A DNA stretch of 64,000 nucleotides. It comes from Eledone cirrhosa. Taxonomy: Eukaryota. The position numbers were made by a program, and so were the translations under genes. Shown in pieces: positions 49,029 to 64,000 of the stretch. Where the stretch lies: positions 61,938,001 through 62,002,000 of the forward strand of contig OZ024742.1 in the NCBI GenBank assembly GCA_964016885.1, given 5' to 3'. Every line of letters begins with the position of its first letter. Within the stretch, counting starts at the first letter, position 1. The notes under the pieces were generated by a model that was not told the origin of the DNA, made no database searches, and worked only from the letters and a program-made list of their open reading frames with translations.

Positions 49029-49909
49029 CTGCAAACAGAAATTTTAAATTATGTATAAGCTGGTGGACCAGTGCAGTCAACAAAGACAGCAATAGCATTG
49101 AACATATTTAATATTTGGTGCCCAAGGCTTACCAGATATATGAACAATCAAACAAACTGGGAAATTTGGTTCTTGATAAATTAATTGTGTGTATAAGAAA
49201 AAAACCTATAGTTTATGTTGATTACCGACACATGGAAGTGATTAAAGATCATTATAATAATTTATTTCTAGGATATGATTACATAAATGTTCAACAGTTG
49301 TGTACAAATAGCATTCAGGACTAAATGTATGAGTAGTTTTGGAGAAATAACTATTTACAATGACAAATATAGAGAGATGAAGAAGGAATGCAACAAGAGG
49401 AGGGAAAGTTGTGCTAGACGTGACCTATCCAACCCAAGCAAACATGAAAAATACATACGTTGATGATAATGAGTCTAGTCACAAGCAGAATGTCACTGAT
49501 CATGTCAGCACAATCAAGGTTGATCCAAAGCTAAACTACAAGAACAGCAACAACTTGCCAGGACTTTTATCAAGATAATTAATGTGCCACAACTGAACCT
49601 TTTAATTATAGGTGCACTCCATCCAATGGGTGTGGCTTCTACAGCATTCATCTACCCAATTTCACTCACTAGGTTTGTGTTAATCCAGGACTAAGCTATG
49701 GTAAAGACATTTGTCCAATATGTTACAGAGTGGAATTGAACTCAGGACCTTATGATTGCAACTCAAACTTCTTAAACATTCAATTATTTCATGCATCCTA
49801 GATACACAAAAAGATAGGACAGTCACAGCTGCAATGCCTTTGAACATAGGTCTACTCAGTCAGATTGATCTTGGAGTAAACTACAATAATAGCAATGATT
49901 CATTTTTAC

Positions 49910-50206
49910 CTTCGTGATTGAAGATTTGTTTTTAACTTCCACATCTTCAGTATGAGATTTAGGAGACATTTCATCAAGTTTATCGATTTTGCTTTTGGAA
50001 CATTGCCCTGGCGATTCCTTCTCATTCATTGAAATCTTCCGCTTGACCGGAGTTTTCTTGGAGGGCGAATTACTATTCTTGTGGTCATTGCTACCCTTTT
50101 CTGTGTCTCCCTTGAAATTGTTTTCTTTGGAAGAATCATCTGCAGATGCCTTCTTGATGACAAGATCTGGAAAGTTGGACACCTCTTTCGATATCTTGTA
50201 GAGTTG
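49910..50206 (-). CDS. lig3: DNA ligase III exon, end of OB-fold plus low-complexity K/S/E-rich linker
   Basis: ttgacag acceptor, QLYKISKEVSNFPDLV...KSSITK, gtaaaa donor; 297 nt, phase 0-0; continues the ligase III LKxLYxxSKE pattern from the previous exon. Confidence 0.9.
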
Positions 50207-50629
50207 CTGTCAACAAAACAGACAAAAACAACAGAACAAAAATGGTAAAATTCAAAAACATTTTTAATGGAACATTTTTATGAAATACACTGCATTTTAA
50301 TTAAACTTAATATTCTGTACCACATGAAACTACATTAACAAGACATTCTTGAAAAGAAAATGCAACACTGATTGCATAACATTAAAAATTGACATCATTA
50401 CTCAAATGATGCAAATTTTCATACAATCTGTCCACTAGTAAAAATACCAAAAACATTTGAATTAATAAATATTTTTTTTCATATTTTCATCTAAATATTT
50501 ACAGTATGTTAAAGAATTGATTAATGAAAAATTTAGAGAGATTAACTAAGATTATAAATTACTTCATAATTGAGATTGTATTTACAATGTAACTTAACAA
50601 ATGGTTCTTCTTATATAATTAGGTTTAAT

Positions 50630-51549
50630 TAGCAGTTGGAATTAAGAGGACTGAGAGTGAACCTAGCTAAGACAAAAGTGTTGATAAGTAGAAAAGAGAA
50701 CAAAACTCTGATTCCATCAGGGAAATAGCCACGTTCGATATGCAGAAAAGGAACTGGCATAAATTCTATAAAATGTACACAATGCAGATCTTGGATACAC
50801 AAGAGATGTAGTGAGACAGCAGGCAAACTAACAGGTAAGGAAACATACGTATGAAGTAGATGTACAGGGAAATTTGACAGTAGAAGTCACATTGATAGAC
50901 ACATTGTTCAAATGCAGGTAGGTTCTATAAAAGTGGTTGATAGATTCCAGTACCTAGGTGATCATATTAGCATGGGAGGGGGGTGTTCCAAGGCCATAGT
51001 ATTTAGAATAAGCACGGGTTGGAAGAAGTTTAGGGAGCTGTTTCCTCTGCTGACGAAGAAGGGTTTCTCCCTGCGTACGAAAGGCCGGTTATATGATGCC
51101 TGTGTGAGGTGCGCGATGCTGCATGGTAGTGAGACATGGGCAGCAACTGCAGAGAATATGCGACGGCTAGAGAAAAATGAGGCAAGCATGTTCTGTTGGA
51201 TGTGCAATGTCAATGTACATGAACGACCGGGCATGGATATGTTGAGAAAGAAACTGTGTTTAAGAGTGATAAGTTGTAGTGTGTGGGAGAGAAGAGTGCG
51301 ATGGTATGGACATGTGATGTGCATGGAGGATGACCACTGGGTAAAGAAGTGCCAAGAAATCCCAGTAGAAGGAAGACGAAGTAGACGAAGACCACGAAAA
51401 ACATGGGCAGAGGTGATGAGAGCAGACCTCAGATCACTGAAGCTCATGGAGGAGATGACGAAGGACCGTGACAAGTGGAGAGATGCTGTGCTGAATAGGA
51501 CCCCCCACCCTTGCAAGCAGGGAAAAGCGGACGTAAAATGATGATGATA
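50630..51549 (+). mobile_element. RTE LINE family B 3' fragment, decayed, in a lig3 intron
   Basis: Homologous to 34883-35805, with stops. Confidence 0.92.
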
Positions 51550-51604
51550 TGATGAATCTGAAGAAGAACCTTATAAAATGGGTTGGTGTCAAAAGAGTTA
51601 ATAC

Positions 51605-52067
51605 ATTTGAATGTTTTTTGACAGGAAGGATGGGGAGTTAGATACATATGACATCACAGACAATTGGAAGTTGCTATGAGACAACCTACTGCAGGATATT
51701 GATGAGACTTGAGCTGGAGCTAAGGTCCAGCCAGAGAGGTGATGACCTGGTGGTGGAACAGCACTATGGATAGAGCTGTTAAAGCCAAGAGACAGGGATG
51801 GAAAGATTGGAAAAATGGGAGCAGCAAAGTGCAGTACCAGGTAGCTAAAAGAGAAGCTAGACAACAGGTATACAAAGCAAGCAAAGAAGGTGAATGTAGG
51901 AGGTATGTCTTGTAACATAGGGATCAGAAACACGGGTGTTTTGTATTGCAAATCAATGTGTCAGTGAAAACCAGGATGTTGTGGGTGAAAAGTATGTTTA
52001 AAATGACATCAGTGCACTTAGTATCACCAATGCTCAACTGAGGCCTAGAAATGCCATTATGAGAGGT
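51605..52067 (+). mobile_element. Old RTE internal fragment (EN-RT linker)
   Basis: Degenerate similarity to ~33570-34040. Confidence 0.7.
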
Positions 52068-52292
52068 TTAACCCTTCCATTAGCATATTTCTAATGAAGC
52101 AATGTCTATGATTTCCAAATCATTCTGAAAATAATCAGGAACTTCAATTTTTAATTCTATATTCAACATTCTCATTATTATGCTGGTGTGTGGAGCATAA
52201 GCTTTTTAGATAAATATGCTCATTTTAAAATAGATAATTTTATGTCATAGAACCAAGTGCAGTTTCAGGCAGGTTGGCATCCAAAGGGTTAA
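52068..52292. mobile_element. piggyBac-like MITE
   Basis: TTAA-CCCTT ... AAGGG-TTAA ends. Confidence 0.6.
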
Positions 52293-52323
52293 ATCACCTC
52301 TCGGTGTTGTTTGTTTTACTTAC

Positions 52324-52688
52324 CTTAAGTCCAGGTAGATCGGTCGCTTCTTTCCAGGTTTTATTTGACCGTATTTTGGTGAGACGTGGGAACCGAATGG
52401 AAATACCATCAGCTGTGTGAATTTCAGCCTTGCTAAACTCTGCACCAGTGATCTCCCACACTGGGGCCTTTCGTGGGTCCTTGACTACAAAATCAGGTAC
52501 AACGCTCTTTTTGATGTTCAACCAAGAAGGTACTTTGTTTACATCCTTGCTAATTTTCACCATCTTTAGTTCAGTCTGCAAATGATCTAAGGTTTTATCA
52601 TCAAAACCATTGCCAACTTTACTCACAGTACACCATTTTTCAGTGATCGGATTATAAACACCTGTTAAGAATACCGACATAAGTCCAC
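52324..52688 (-). CDS. lig3: DNA ligase III exon, OB-fold domain (most 5' exon found in the window)
   Basis: Translates to GLMSVFLTGVYNPITEKWCTVSKVGNGFDD...APVWEITGAEFSKAEIHTADGISIRFPRLTKIRSNKTWKEATDLPGLK, matching ligase III with motif VI (SIRFPR). Flanked by ctctcag acceptor and gtaagt donor; 365 nt, phase 1 to 0. Confidence 0.96.
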
Positions 52689-53618
52689 CTGAGAGAGAAG
52701 AAAAATGCAATCAAATAAAGGTGTGAGAATACATAAAAGAGAATTATGAAAGACAATAATAGTGAAATTGAAACAAAATAAGGTAAAGGGAACCCTATGG
52801 TCTTGTCAAAGGCCTGATAAATTCTCTGGTTTAACACCATGCTAAAATGCACCCATTATATGCTGTAAAGTTCTTGACAATCGAAAGAAGACAATATAGA
52901 GTAGAGAAATCTCTTCAATCTTGCTGAATACCCGACCACTCAACTGCTAGTGGCACAATAAAATGCACCCAGTAATCACTGTAAAGTGGTAATGGTGCCA
53001 CAATAAAGTTATGATGATCAATTATAATAGTAGAGGCATGACTGGCTATCACTGCTATTTCTAGTATTAATAGATCAAGATAACATATTAATAAATTGAA
53101 TTTTTTTTGAAATAAACGTTTCTCGATTGACGGTTACATTTCTTAATGAAACACATCACCCTTTTCTGTACTGCTTTTCATTGACTTTCGTTCCTCCTAT
53201 GCCTCTGAAGAAATAAAATCAATCAATCATACTTCATCAGTTGATCAACAAGATCCCAGACCTCATTTGCTTAATGAGTGGGGTGAAGCTCGTCAAATTG
53301 GACCGAGGAAACAATGCTAATACTATCTATCAGTCACAAATTCAGGTAGAAGGAGCAACGTGAAATTAGTGTCTTGCTCAAGGGCATAACACAATCATAG
53401 TTGCTAGGTTCAATATATGTTTATTTTTTCCTTATATTTTTTTATTGTTTATCCTGGCATTGTATTTTCTTGTGTGATATATTTAAACAAATGTAAAGCA
53501 TTAAATGTTTTCAGGACTCATTCAGATGATAGGAAAGAACTCATTCCTATCACCTGAATTTTATATATACACATCATAATCATCATCATCATTTTACGTC
53601 CGCTTTTCCCTGCTTGCA

Positions 53619-53734
53619 TATATATAGATGTATGTATGCATTCTATATATATATACACATATGTATATATATACACACACACACACATATGTACACACAC
53701 ATATATACACACACATATATATATATATATACAT

Positions 53735-53771
<37 letters not shown>

Positions 53772-53842
53772 CATACATACACATATATATATATATACAT
53801 ACACACATATATATATATACATACACACATATATATATACAT

Positions 53843-53885
<43 letters not shown>

Positions 53886-54879
53886 TATATATATATACAT
53901 ACACATATATATATATATACATACACACATATATATATATATATATATACATACACATATATATATATATATATACATACACATATATATATATATATAT
54001 ATACATACACACATATATATATATATATATACATACACACATATATATATATATATACATACACACACATATATATATATATACATACACACACATATAT
54101 ATATATATACATACACACATATATATATATATATACATACACACATATATATATATATATACATACACATATATATATATATATATACATACACATATAT
54201 ATATATATATATACATACACATATATATATATATATATACATACACATATATATATATACATACACACATATATATATATATATACATACACACATATAT
54301 ATATATATATATACATACACATATATATATATATATATACATACACACATATATATATATATATATACATACACATAGATATATATATATATACATACAC
54401 ACATATATATATATATATATACATACACAGATATATATATATATACATACACACATATATATATATATATATACATACACATAGATATATATATATATAC
54501 ATACACACATATATATATATATATACATACACATATATATATATATATAATACACATATATATATATATATACATACACACATATATATATATATATATA
54601 TACATACACACATATATATATATATACATACACACATATATATATATATACATACACACATATATATATATATACATACACACATATATATATATATACA
54701 TACACACATATATATATATACATACACACATATATATATATACATACACACATATATATATATATATACATACACACATATATATATATATACATACATA
54801 CACACATATATATATATATATATACATACACACATATATATATATATATATACATACACACATATATATATATATACAT

Positions 54880-54913
<34 letters not shown>

Positions 54914-56995
54914 ACACACATATATATATATATATATACATACATACACACATATATATATATATATACATACATACACACATATATATATATATATATA
55001 CATACATACACACATATATATATATATATACATACATACACACATATATATATATATATACATACATACACACATATATATATATATATACATACATACA
55101 CACATATATATATATATATACATACATACACAAATATATATATATATACATACATACACATATATATATATACATACATACACACATATATATATATATA
55201 TACATACATACACACATATATATATATATATACATACATACACACATATATATAGATATATACATACATACACACATATATATATATATATACATACATA
55301 CACACATATATATATATATATATACATACATACACACATATATATATATATACATACATACACACATATATATATATACATACACACATATATATATATA
55401 CATACACACATATATATATATACATACATACACACACATATATATATATATATATACATACATACACACATATATATATATATACACATACACACATATA
55501 TATATATATACACATACACACATATATATATATACATACACACATATATATATATATACATACACACATATATATATATATATATACATACACATATATA
55601 TATATATATATACATACACACATATATATATATATATACATACACACATATATATATATATACATACACACATATATATATATACATACATACACACATA
55701 TATATATATACATACATACACACACATATATATATATATATACATACATACACACATATATATATATATATATACATACATACACACATATATATATATA
55801 TATATACATACATACACACATATATATATATATATATATACATACATACACACATATATATATATATATATATACATACATACACATATATATATATATA
55901 TATATACATACATACATACACACATATATATATATATATATACATACATACACACATATATATATATATATATACATACATACACATATATATATATATA
56001 TATACATACATACACACATATATATATATATATACATACATACACACATATATATATATATATACATACATACACACATATATATATATATATACATACA
56101 TACACACATATATATATATATATACATACATACACACATATATATATATATATATACATACATACACACATATATATATATATATACATACATACACACA
56201 TATATATATATATATACATACATACACACATATATATATATATATACATACATACACACATATATATATATATATACATACATACACACATATATATATA
56301 TATATATACATACACACATATATATATATATACATACATACACACATATATATATATATACATACATACACACATATATATATATATACATACATACACA
56401 CATATATATATATATACATACATACACACATATATATATATATACATACATACACACATATATATATATATACATACATACACACATATATATATATATA
56501 CATACACACATATATATATATATACATACACACATATATATATATATACATACACACATATATACATACACACATATATATATATATATACATACACACA
56601 TATATATATATATACATACACACATATATATATATATACATACACACATATATATATATATATACATACACATATATATATATATATACACACATATATA
56701 TATATATACACACACATATATATATATATACATACACACACATATATATATATATACATACACATATATATATATACATACACACATATATATATATATA
56801 TACATACACACATATATATATATATATACATACACACATATATATATATATATACATACACACATATATATATATATATACATACACATATATATATATA
56901 TATACATACACACATATATATATATACATACACACATATATATATATACATACACACATATATATATATACATACACACACACATATATATACAT

Positions 56996-57033
<38 letters not shown>

Positions 57034-57180
57034 ACACACATATATATATATATATACATACACACATATATATATATATACATACACACATATATATATA
57101 TATACATACACACACACATATATATATATATATACATACATATATATATATATATATACATACACACATATATATATATA
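53619..57180. repeat. 3.5 kb array of (TA)n-CATACACACA / CATACATACACACA units
   Basis: Seen directly; source of the spurious 1200-1800 aa ORFs. Confidence 0.98.
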
Positions 57181-60100
57181 GAATAATTAAAATACGACTT
57201 GTCCTCAATAGAACTACGGTGACAGTAATATCTGCGTACGCACCCCAATCCGGACTGCCCGGCACTATAAAAGACAGATTCTATGAGACACTGATGCTAA
57301 CTACCTCCCAAATATCCGACAGTGACTATATAATTATTGCAGGCGACCTAAATGGTCACGTTGGACAACATTGTGACGGCTACGACGAGATCCATGGAGG
57401 CTATGGGTTTGGTACTAGAAATGAGGAAGGCTCCAGAATCCTGGAATTCTGTGATGCAAATAACCTAACTATCTGTAACACAAACTTAAAAAAACGTGAC
57501 AATCACCTGATCACCTATAGATCCGGGGAACACACAAGCCAGGTAGATTATATCCTTACCAGAAGACGTGACAGAGTGTCTGTTGTAAACACTAAATCCC
57601 TCCCCCATGAAGAATGCACCTCCCAACATAGACTGATAATTAGCGACCTCATAGTCGGGACGAGACGTACTCGACAGCAGAAGAGGACTATCCTCAGGAG
57701 AAAAATATGGAAGCTAAAGGACCCCACAGCCAGGAATAAATTTCAAAGCATATTACTTGATGCTTTCGACAGTAAGGAAGAACATTTAGAGTCGGACAAT
57801 ATAGAGGGAGAGTGGGAATTTCTGAAAGCAAACCTGCTGTTGGCGACAGACGAAGTCTGTGGCTGGAGCAGGCCTGTAGGCAGGAGGAGAGTAACATGGT
57901 GGTGGAACAGTAAGGTGGAGGGGTCAATTAAGGCCAAAAAGCAGGCTTGGAAAGTATGGCGGGATGGGGGAAGTAGAGAAGACTATCAAGTGGCCAGGAG
58001 GGAAGCTAGGAGACAAGTGTACTTAGCAAGAAGGGAAGCTGAGGAAAGAAAGTTCAAGCATGTTCTACAACGCGATGACCAAAAACGTGAGGTGTTCAGG
58101 ATTGCTAGGCAATGCGTCAAGGAAAACCGTGATATTGTCGGGGAGAAGTGTGTACTAAACGACGATGGCACACTTGCCATCACCGACGCTGATAAGAAGG
58201 TAGCTTGGAAGTGTCACTATGAAAGGCTACTAAATGAGGAGAATAAATGGGAGAAAGACAGTCTCCCCCATATCGACCCAATAGAGGGACCAGCAGTGTT
58301 AGTCGAGGGGAGTATAATAAGTAAGGCAATCAAGGATATGAAGACGGGTAAGGCGGCTGGACCTTCGGAAATAGTTGCTGAGATGGTGAAGGCATCTGGC
58401 ATGGTGGGACACACCATGGTCACCCGCATAGTTAACCAAGTCGTACAGAATGGGGTTGTTCCGAAGGACTGGCATAGCAGCATCATCGTTAACTGTTATA
58501 AGGGTAAAGGAGACGCCCTAGATAGGAGTAACTATAGAGGCATTAAATTAATCGACCAGGTCATGAAGGTCACGGAAAAAGTAATAGCGCAACTAATCAG
58601 AGAGAGAATTGACCTAGATGAAATGCAGTTCGGGTTTGTGTCAGGCAAAAGTACCACAGACGCTCTTTTCATTGTACGACAACTACAGGAGAAGTACCTA
58701 GCTAAAGGTCAACCCCTCTACTTAGCTTTTGTCGACTTGGAGAAAGCCTTCGACAGAGTCCCCCGCTCCATTATCTGGTGGGCTCTTAAAAAACTAGGCG
58801 TTGACGAATGGCTTGTGAGGGCTATACAAGCCATGTATAAAGAAACAGTCAGCAAGGTTAGAATTAACAACGAATATAGTGAAGAGTTTAGCGTAAAAGT
58901 TGGCGTCCATCAGGGCTCTGTTCTCAGCCCCCTACTATTTATTATTGCCCTTCAGGCTATAACAGAGGAGTTCAAGACAGGCGGCCCATGGGAACTCCTA
59001 TACGCAGACGACCTGACACTCATATGGCCGAGCTAGAGAAGAAATTCCAAACATGGAAGCACGGCCTAGAGTCAAAAGGACTTAAAATTAACCTGGCTAA
59101 GACCAAAGTACTAGTTTGTAGGAAAGAAAACAAGGCGGCGGTCCCTTCTGGGAAATGGTCGTGCTCGGTGTGTAGGAAAGGCGTAGGTAGAAACTCCATT
59201 TTATGTCCTAAATGCAAAGTATGGGTGCATAAAAGATGTAGTGGGATCACAGGTAAGCTAACTAAGAACATAGATTTTACATGTGGCCGGTGTTCTGGTG
59301 CAATAAGTAGCAGCAAGTGCCCACAAAATACTAGCTCTTTCAATTGCGCAGAGGGTTCTATAGAAATAGTGGACAGCTTCCGTTACCTGGGCGATAAAAT
59401 CAGCAGTGGGGGAGGGTGCTCTGAAAGTACTGTAGCTAGAGTCAGAACTGGTTGGAAAAAGTTCAGAGAGCTTATACCACTATTAGCTGCTAAAGGGTTC
59501 TCCCTAAAAATGAAAGGCAGGTTGTACGATGCCTGCATACGAACAGCAATGCTGCATGGCAGTGAGACCTGGGCATTGTGTGCAGAGGATATACGCAGAC
59601 TAGAGAGGAACGAAGCTTGCATGCTCCGCTGGATGTGTAACAGTAATATACGTGAACGGCAAAGCATAAACTTCTAAGGAAAAAATTAGAGATAAGAGGG
59701 ATCAGATGTTGTTTACTCGAGAGAAGGCTACGTTGGTATGGACACGTGATGCGCATGAAAGTCGATAGCTGTATAACAAAGTGCAGGGCAATAAAGATAG
59801 ACGGTAGTCACGGAATAGGCAGACCTAGAAAAACCTGGGACGAGCTGATAAACTCCGACATCACACACTTACACCTCTCCAAGACAATGTCACTGGACCG
59901 AGACCTTTGGCGGTACTCAGTAACAGAGAAGACCCGCCTTACCTAAATATATAGTAAAACCTACTCCAGCCAGTAGGCATCTCTAACAAAATACACCCCG
60001 TCCCCCCACCCCATCCACACCACCCCGTTCTATGTAAAGTTATGTTGGTGCCGCGCCATCGAGGCCGAAACAAATGAGATCGTGTAGGTGTCACGACAAA

Positions 60101-60318
60101 AAAACACACAGTCCACGCTGTAATGTGGCCGTGTAGGCAACACGGTAAAAACCTCCCAGACCCACACTGTAAATGTGGTTGGTGTTAGGAAGGGCATCCA
60201 ACTGTAGAAAACCTGCCAGACAGTCCTATGCGAGCAAGACAATCACTCTTGCCTCAAGTGGGAAAACTCCGGTCCAAACCCATGCAAGCGTGGAACACGG
60301 ACGTTAAACGATGATGAT
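57178..60318 (+). mobile_element. Young RTE LINE family A, truncated inside the endonuclease, frameshifts near 59023 and 59672
   Basis: RIIKIRLVL...ISAYAPQ...GDLNGHVG...YADD...; preceded by a 3.5 kb and followed by a 1.9 kb microsatellite array. Confidence 0.96.
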
Positions 60319-60470
60319 ATATATATATATATACATACATATATATACATATATATATAGATACATATATATATACATACATATATATACATATATATAT
60401 ACATACATACATATATACATACATATATACATACATATATACATATATATATACATATATATATACATAC

Positions 60471-60503
<33 letters not shown>

Positions 60504-61550
60504 CATATATATATATACATACATATATACATATATATATATACATACATATATACATATATATATACATACATATATACATATATATATACATATACAT
60601 ACATATATACATACATATATACATACATACATATATACATATATATATATACACATATATATATACACATATATATATATACACACATATATATATATAC
60701 ACACATATATATATATACATATATATATATACATATATATATACATATATATATATACATATATATATACATATATATATACATATATATATATACATAT
60801 ATATATATACATATATACACACATATATATATATACATATATATATATACATATATATATACATATATATATATACATATATATATATACATATATATAT
60901 ATACATATATATATACACATATATACACATATATATATATACATATATACACACATATATATATACATATATACACACATATATATATATACATATATAC
61001 ATATACATATATACACACATACATATACATACACATACATATACATATATACACACATATATATACATATATACATATACATATATATATACATATATAC
61101 ATATACATATATACACACATATATATATATACATATATACATATACATATATATATACATATATACATATACATATATATATACATATATATACATATAT
61201 ACATATACATATATACATATATACATATACATATATATATACACATATACATATATATATACATATACATATATATATATACATATATATATATACATAT
61301 ATATATATACATATATATATATACATATATATATATACATATATATATATACATATATATATATACATATATATATATACATATATATATATACATATAT
61401 ATATATACATATATATATATACATATATATATATACATATATATATATACATATATATATATACATATATATATATACATATATACATATATATACATAT
61501 ATACATATATACATATATACATATACATATATATACATATATATATATAA

Positions 61551-61581
<31 letters not shown>

Positions 61582-61582
61582 A

Positions 61583-61613
<31 letters not shown>

Positions 61614-61628
61614 CATATATATATATAC

Positions 61629-61659
<31 letters not shown>

Positions 61660-62050
61660 CATATACATATATACATATACATATATATATATACATATAT
61701 ATATATACATATATATATATACATATATACATATATATATATACATATATACATATATATATATACATATATATATATACATATATATATATACATATAT
61801 ATATATACATATATATATACATATATATATACATATATATATACATATATATATATACATATACATATATATACATATACATATATACATATACATATAC
61901 ATATATATATATACATATATATATATACATATATATATATACATATACATATACATATATACATATACATATATATATATACATATATATATATACATAT
62001 ACATATATACATACATATATACATATACATATACATATAGACATATACAT

Positions 62051-62083
<33 letters not shown>

Positions 62084-62256
62084 TATATACATATATACAT
62101 ATATATATATACATATACATATACATATATATATACATATATACATATATATATATACATATATACATATACATATATATATATACATATATATATATAC
62201 ATATATATATATACATATATATATATACATATATATATATACATATATATATATAT
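60319..62256. repeat. 1.9 kb (TA)n-CA array
   Basis: Seen directly. Confidence 0.98.
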
Positions 62257-63463
62257 GCTGTATTAGCGTTAAATTTTCCCTGCTGTATTAGCGATAAATT
62301 TTCGAGGGTTTCTCTTAGTAGTTTTTTTCATGACGTTATTATTGTTAATTTTACTGATGTAGTATTAACTTATTAACTTGGATATTTACCATGCGGTATT
62401 CTAATCCTATTGTATCTCTCTCAGTTATTTACCATGCGACCCTCAGTTCCTACCCCCCCCCCCTCTCTATGCACTTCTTTAAGGCTTACTACCCTGTCTT
62501 TAACCTAATTCATTCAATCTGAAAATATTGAAGAGATAAGACACTTTCCCATTCTTCTCTGCTAAAATGTATCACTAGAGCTGCTGATTCCAATTTTCCC
62601 AGCCAGCCATCCATCTAATCTACGAAGGTATTTTAGCCTACATATTGTCGTTAATATTATGATGTTCCCTGCTGTATTAGCGTTAAATTTTCCCTGCTGT
62701 ATTAGCGATAAATTTTCGAGGGTTTCTCTTAGTAGTTTTTTTCATGACGTTATTATTGTTAATTTTACTGATGTAGTATTAACTTGGATATTTACCATGC
62801 GACCCTCAGTTCCTACCTCCAATTTTCCCAGCCAGCCATCCATCTAATCTACGAAGGTATTTTAGCCTACATATTGTCGTTAATATTATGATGTTCCCTG
62901 CTGTATTAGCGTTAAATTTTCCCTGCTGTATTAGCGATAAATTTTCGAGGGTTTCTCTTAGTAGTTTTTTTCATGACGTTATTATTGTTAATTTTACTGA
63001 TGTAGTATTAACTTATTAACTTGGATATTTACCATGCGGTATTCTAATCCTATTGTATCTCTCTCAGTTATTTACCATGCGACCCTCAGTTCCTACCCCC
63101 CCCCCCCTCTCTATGCACTTCTTTAAGGCTTACTACCCTGTCTTTAACCTAATTCATTCAATCTGAAAATATTGAAGAGATAAGACACTTTCCCATTCTT
63201 CTCTGCTAAAATGTATCACTAGAGCTGCTGATTCCAATTTTCCCAGCCAGCCATCCATCTAATCTACGAAGGTATATTAGCCTACATATTGTCGTTAATA
63301 TTATGATGTTCCCTGCTGTATTAGCGTTAAATTTTCCCTGCTGTATTAGCGATAAATTTTCGAGGGTTTCTCTTATTATTTTCTTTCATGACGTTATTAT
63401 TGTTAATTTTACTGATGTAGTATTAACTTGGATATTTACCATGCGACCCTCAGTTCCTACCTC
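62257..63463 (+). repeat. Tandem repeat with alternating long and short units (414, 229, 415, ~148 bp)
   Basis: Unit start gctgtattagcgttaaattttccc at 62257, 62671, 62900 and 63315; short units are deletion derivatives of the long unit. Confidence 0.93.
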
Positions 63464-64000
63464 ACAATTTCCCTCCCCCCCACCCCCACACACCACCATA
63501 GTCTATTCGACCAATCAAACCTAGCATGCCATTTCCACTGCTGCTGCTGCTACTACCTGCCTAACTAACTCTCTCCTCCTCTGGCGCATCCCAACACACC
63601 CTGCCATTACCCCACCACCACTGTCCTTCTAGCCCTCAATTTTCCCACCGTTATGGATGGATGAGCTGGGAATACACGAGCAACTCTGAATCAATAGATG
63701 AAATATGAATCTGCGAGCTACCAAGCACCCACGTGAAGCGCCAACCCAGAGACCCTCCCCTACGAGTGTCGACAAATGCCCAAAACTCCGAGTTGGTACC
63801 ATCAATGTAGGCTCAATGAAAGGAAGAGCAGGAGAAATCGTAGAAATGCTAGAGCGAAAGGAAGTTGATGTATGCTGTGTGCAAGAGACTAGATGGAGAG
63901 GAGGGTCTGCTAGAGTCCTTGTAGGAAAAAGCCAGTGCTACAAATTTTTCTGGGTGGGAAATGACGATGGGATGGGTGGTGTAGGTATACTATTAGCTGA
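62257..64000 (+). mobile_element. 5' end of an RTE LINE: tandem-repeat leader and start of APE endonuclease ORF (ATG 63705, runs off the window)
   Basis: MNLRATKH...LRVGTINVGSMKGRAGEIVEMLERKEVDVCCVQETRWRGGSARVLVGKSQCYKFFWVGNDDGMGGVGILLA; assigning the upstream repeats to the element is inference. Confidence 0.85.

Noticed and set aside
53030-53245. CTGAAGA and minus-strand CTGATGA with atgcctct/agaggcat complementarity
   Set aside because: Could not assemble stems I-III in the correct order on either strand.
53518-57265. 1200-1800 aa Y/I/C/V/M/H/T ORFs (also at 1-205, 1168-1706, 2696-3533, 24137-24445, 30427-31206, 35994-37207, 60243-62244)
   Set aside because: Stop-free translations of TA/CA microsatellites in all frames; not genes. 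The apparent fusion to the RTE ORF at 57178 is chance read-through.
62257-63463. CRISPR-like or other prokaryotic repeat-spacer array
   Set aside because: Units are long tandem duplicates without unique spacers; the context is eukaryotic and spliceosomal, with no cas genes.

Overview
Eukaryotic, very repeat-rich DNA; the SINE types and TA-microsatellite load suggest a cephalopod such as octopus (inference). The only host gene I can support is the 3' half of DNA ligase III (lig3) on the minus strand: six exons encoding the OB-fold, a linker, a PBZ zinc finger and the BRCT domain, with a U12-type AT-AC intron inside the BRCT region and a ~27 kb intron packed with retroelements. The rest consists of nested, mostly 5'-truncated RTE-clade LINEs of at least three families (A, B, C) whose ORF carries a PHD-type zinc finger after the RT core, tRNA-headed SINEs, CR1-like and Penelope-like fragments, MITEs and large TA-based arrays. 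Nearly all long YIYI-type ORFs in the track are microsatellite artefacts. The most notable signals are: (1) four unrelated non-coding fold-back elements carrying six hammerhead ribozyme motifs in total; (2) a tandem pseudoknot-plus-hairpin RNA module shared between an RTE 5' UTR, other RTE 3' UTRs and a chimeric SINE; (3) TA-repeat targeting, with locally shared microsatellite variants; (4) the PBZ exon and AT-AC intron of lig3. All coordinates were read by eye, so repeat boundaries are approximate.
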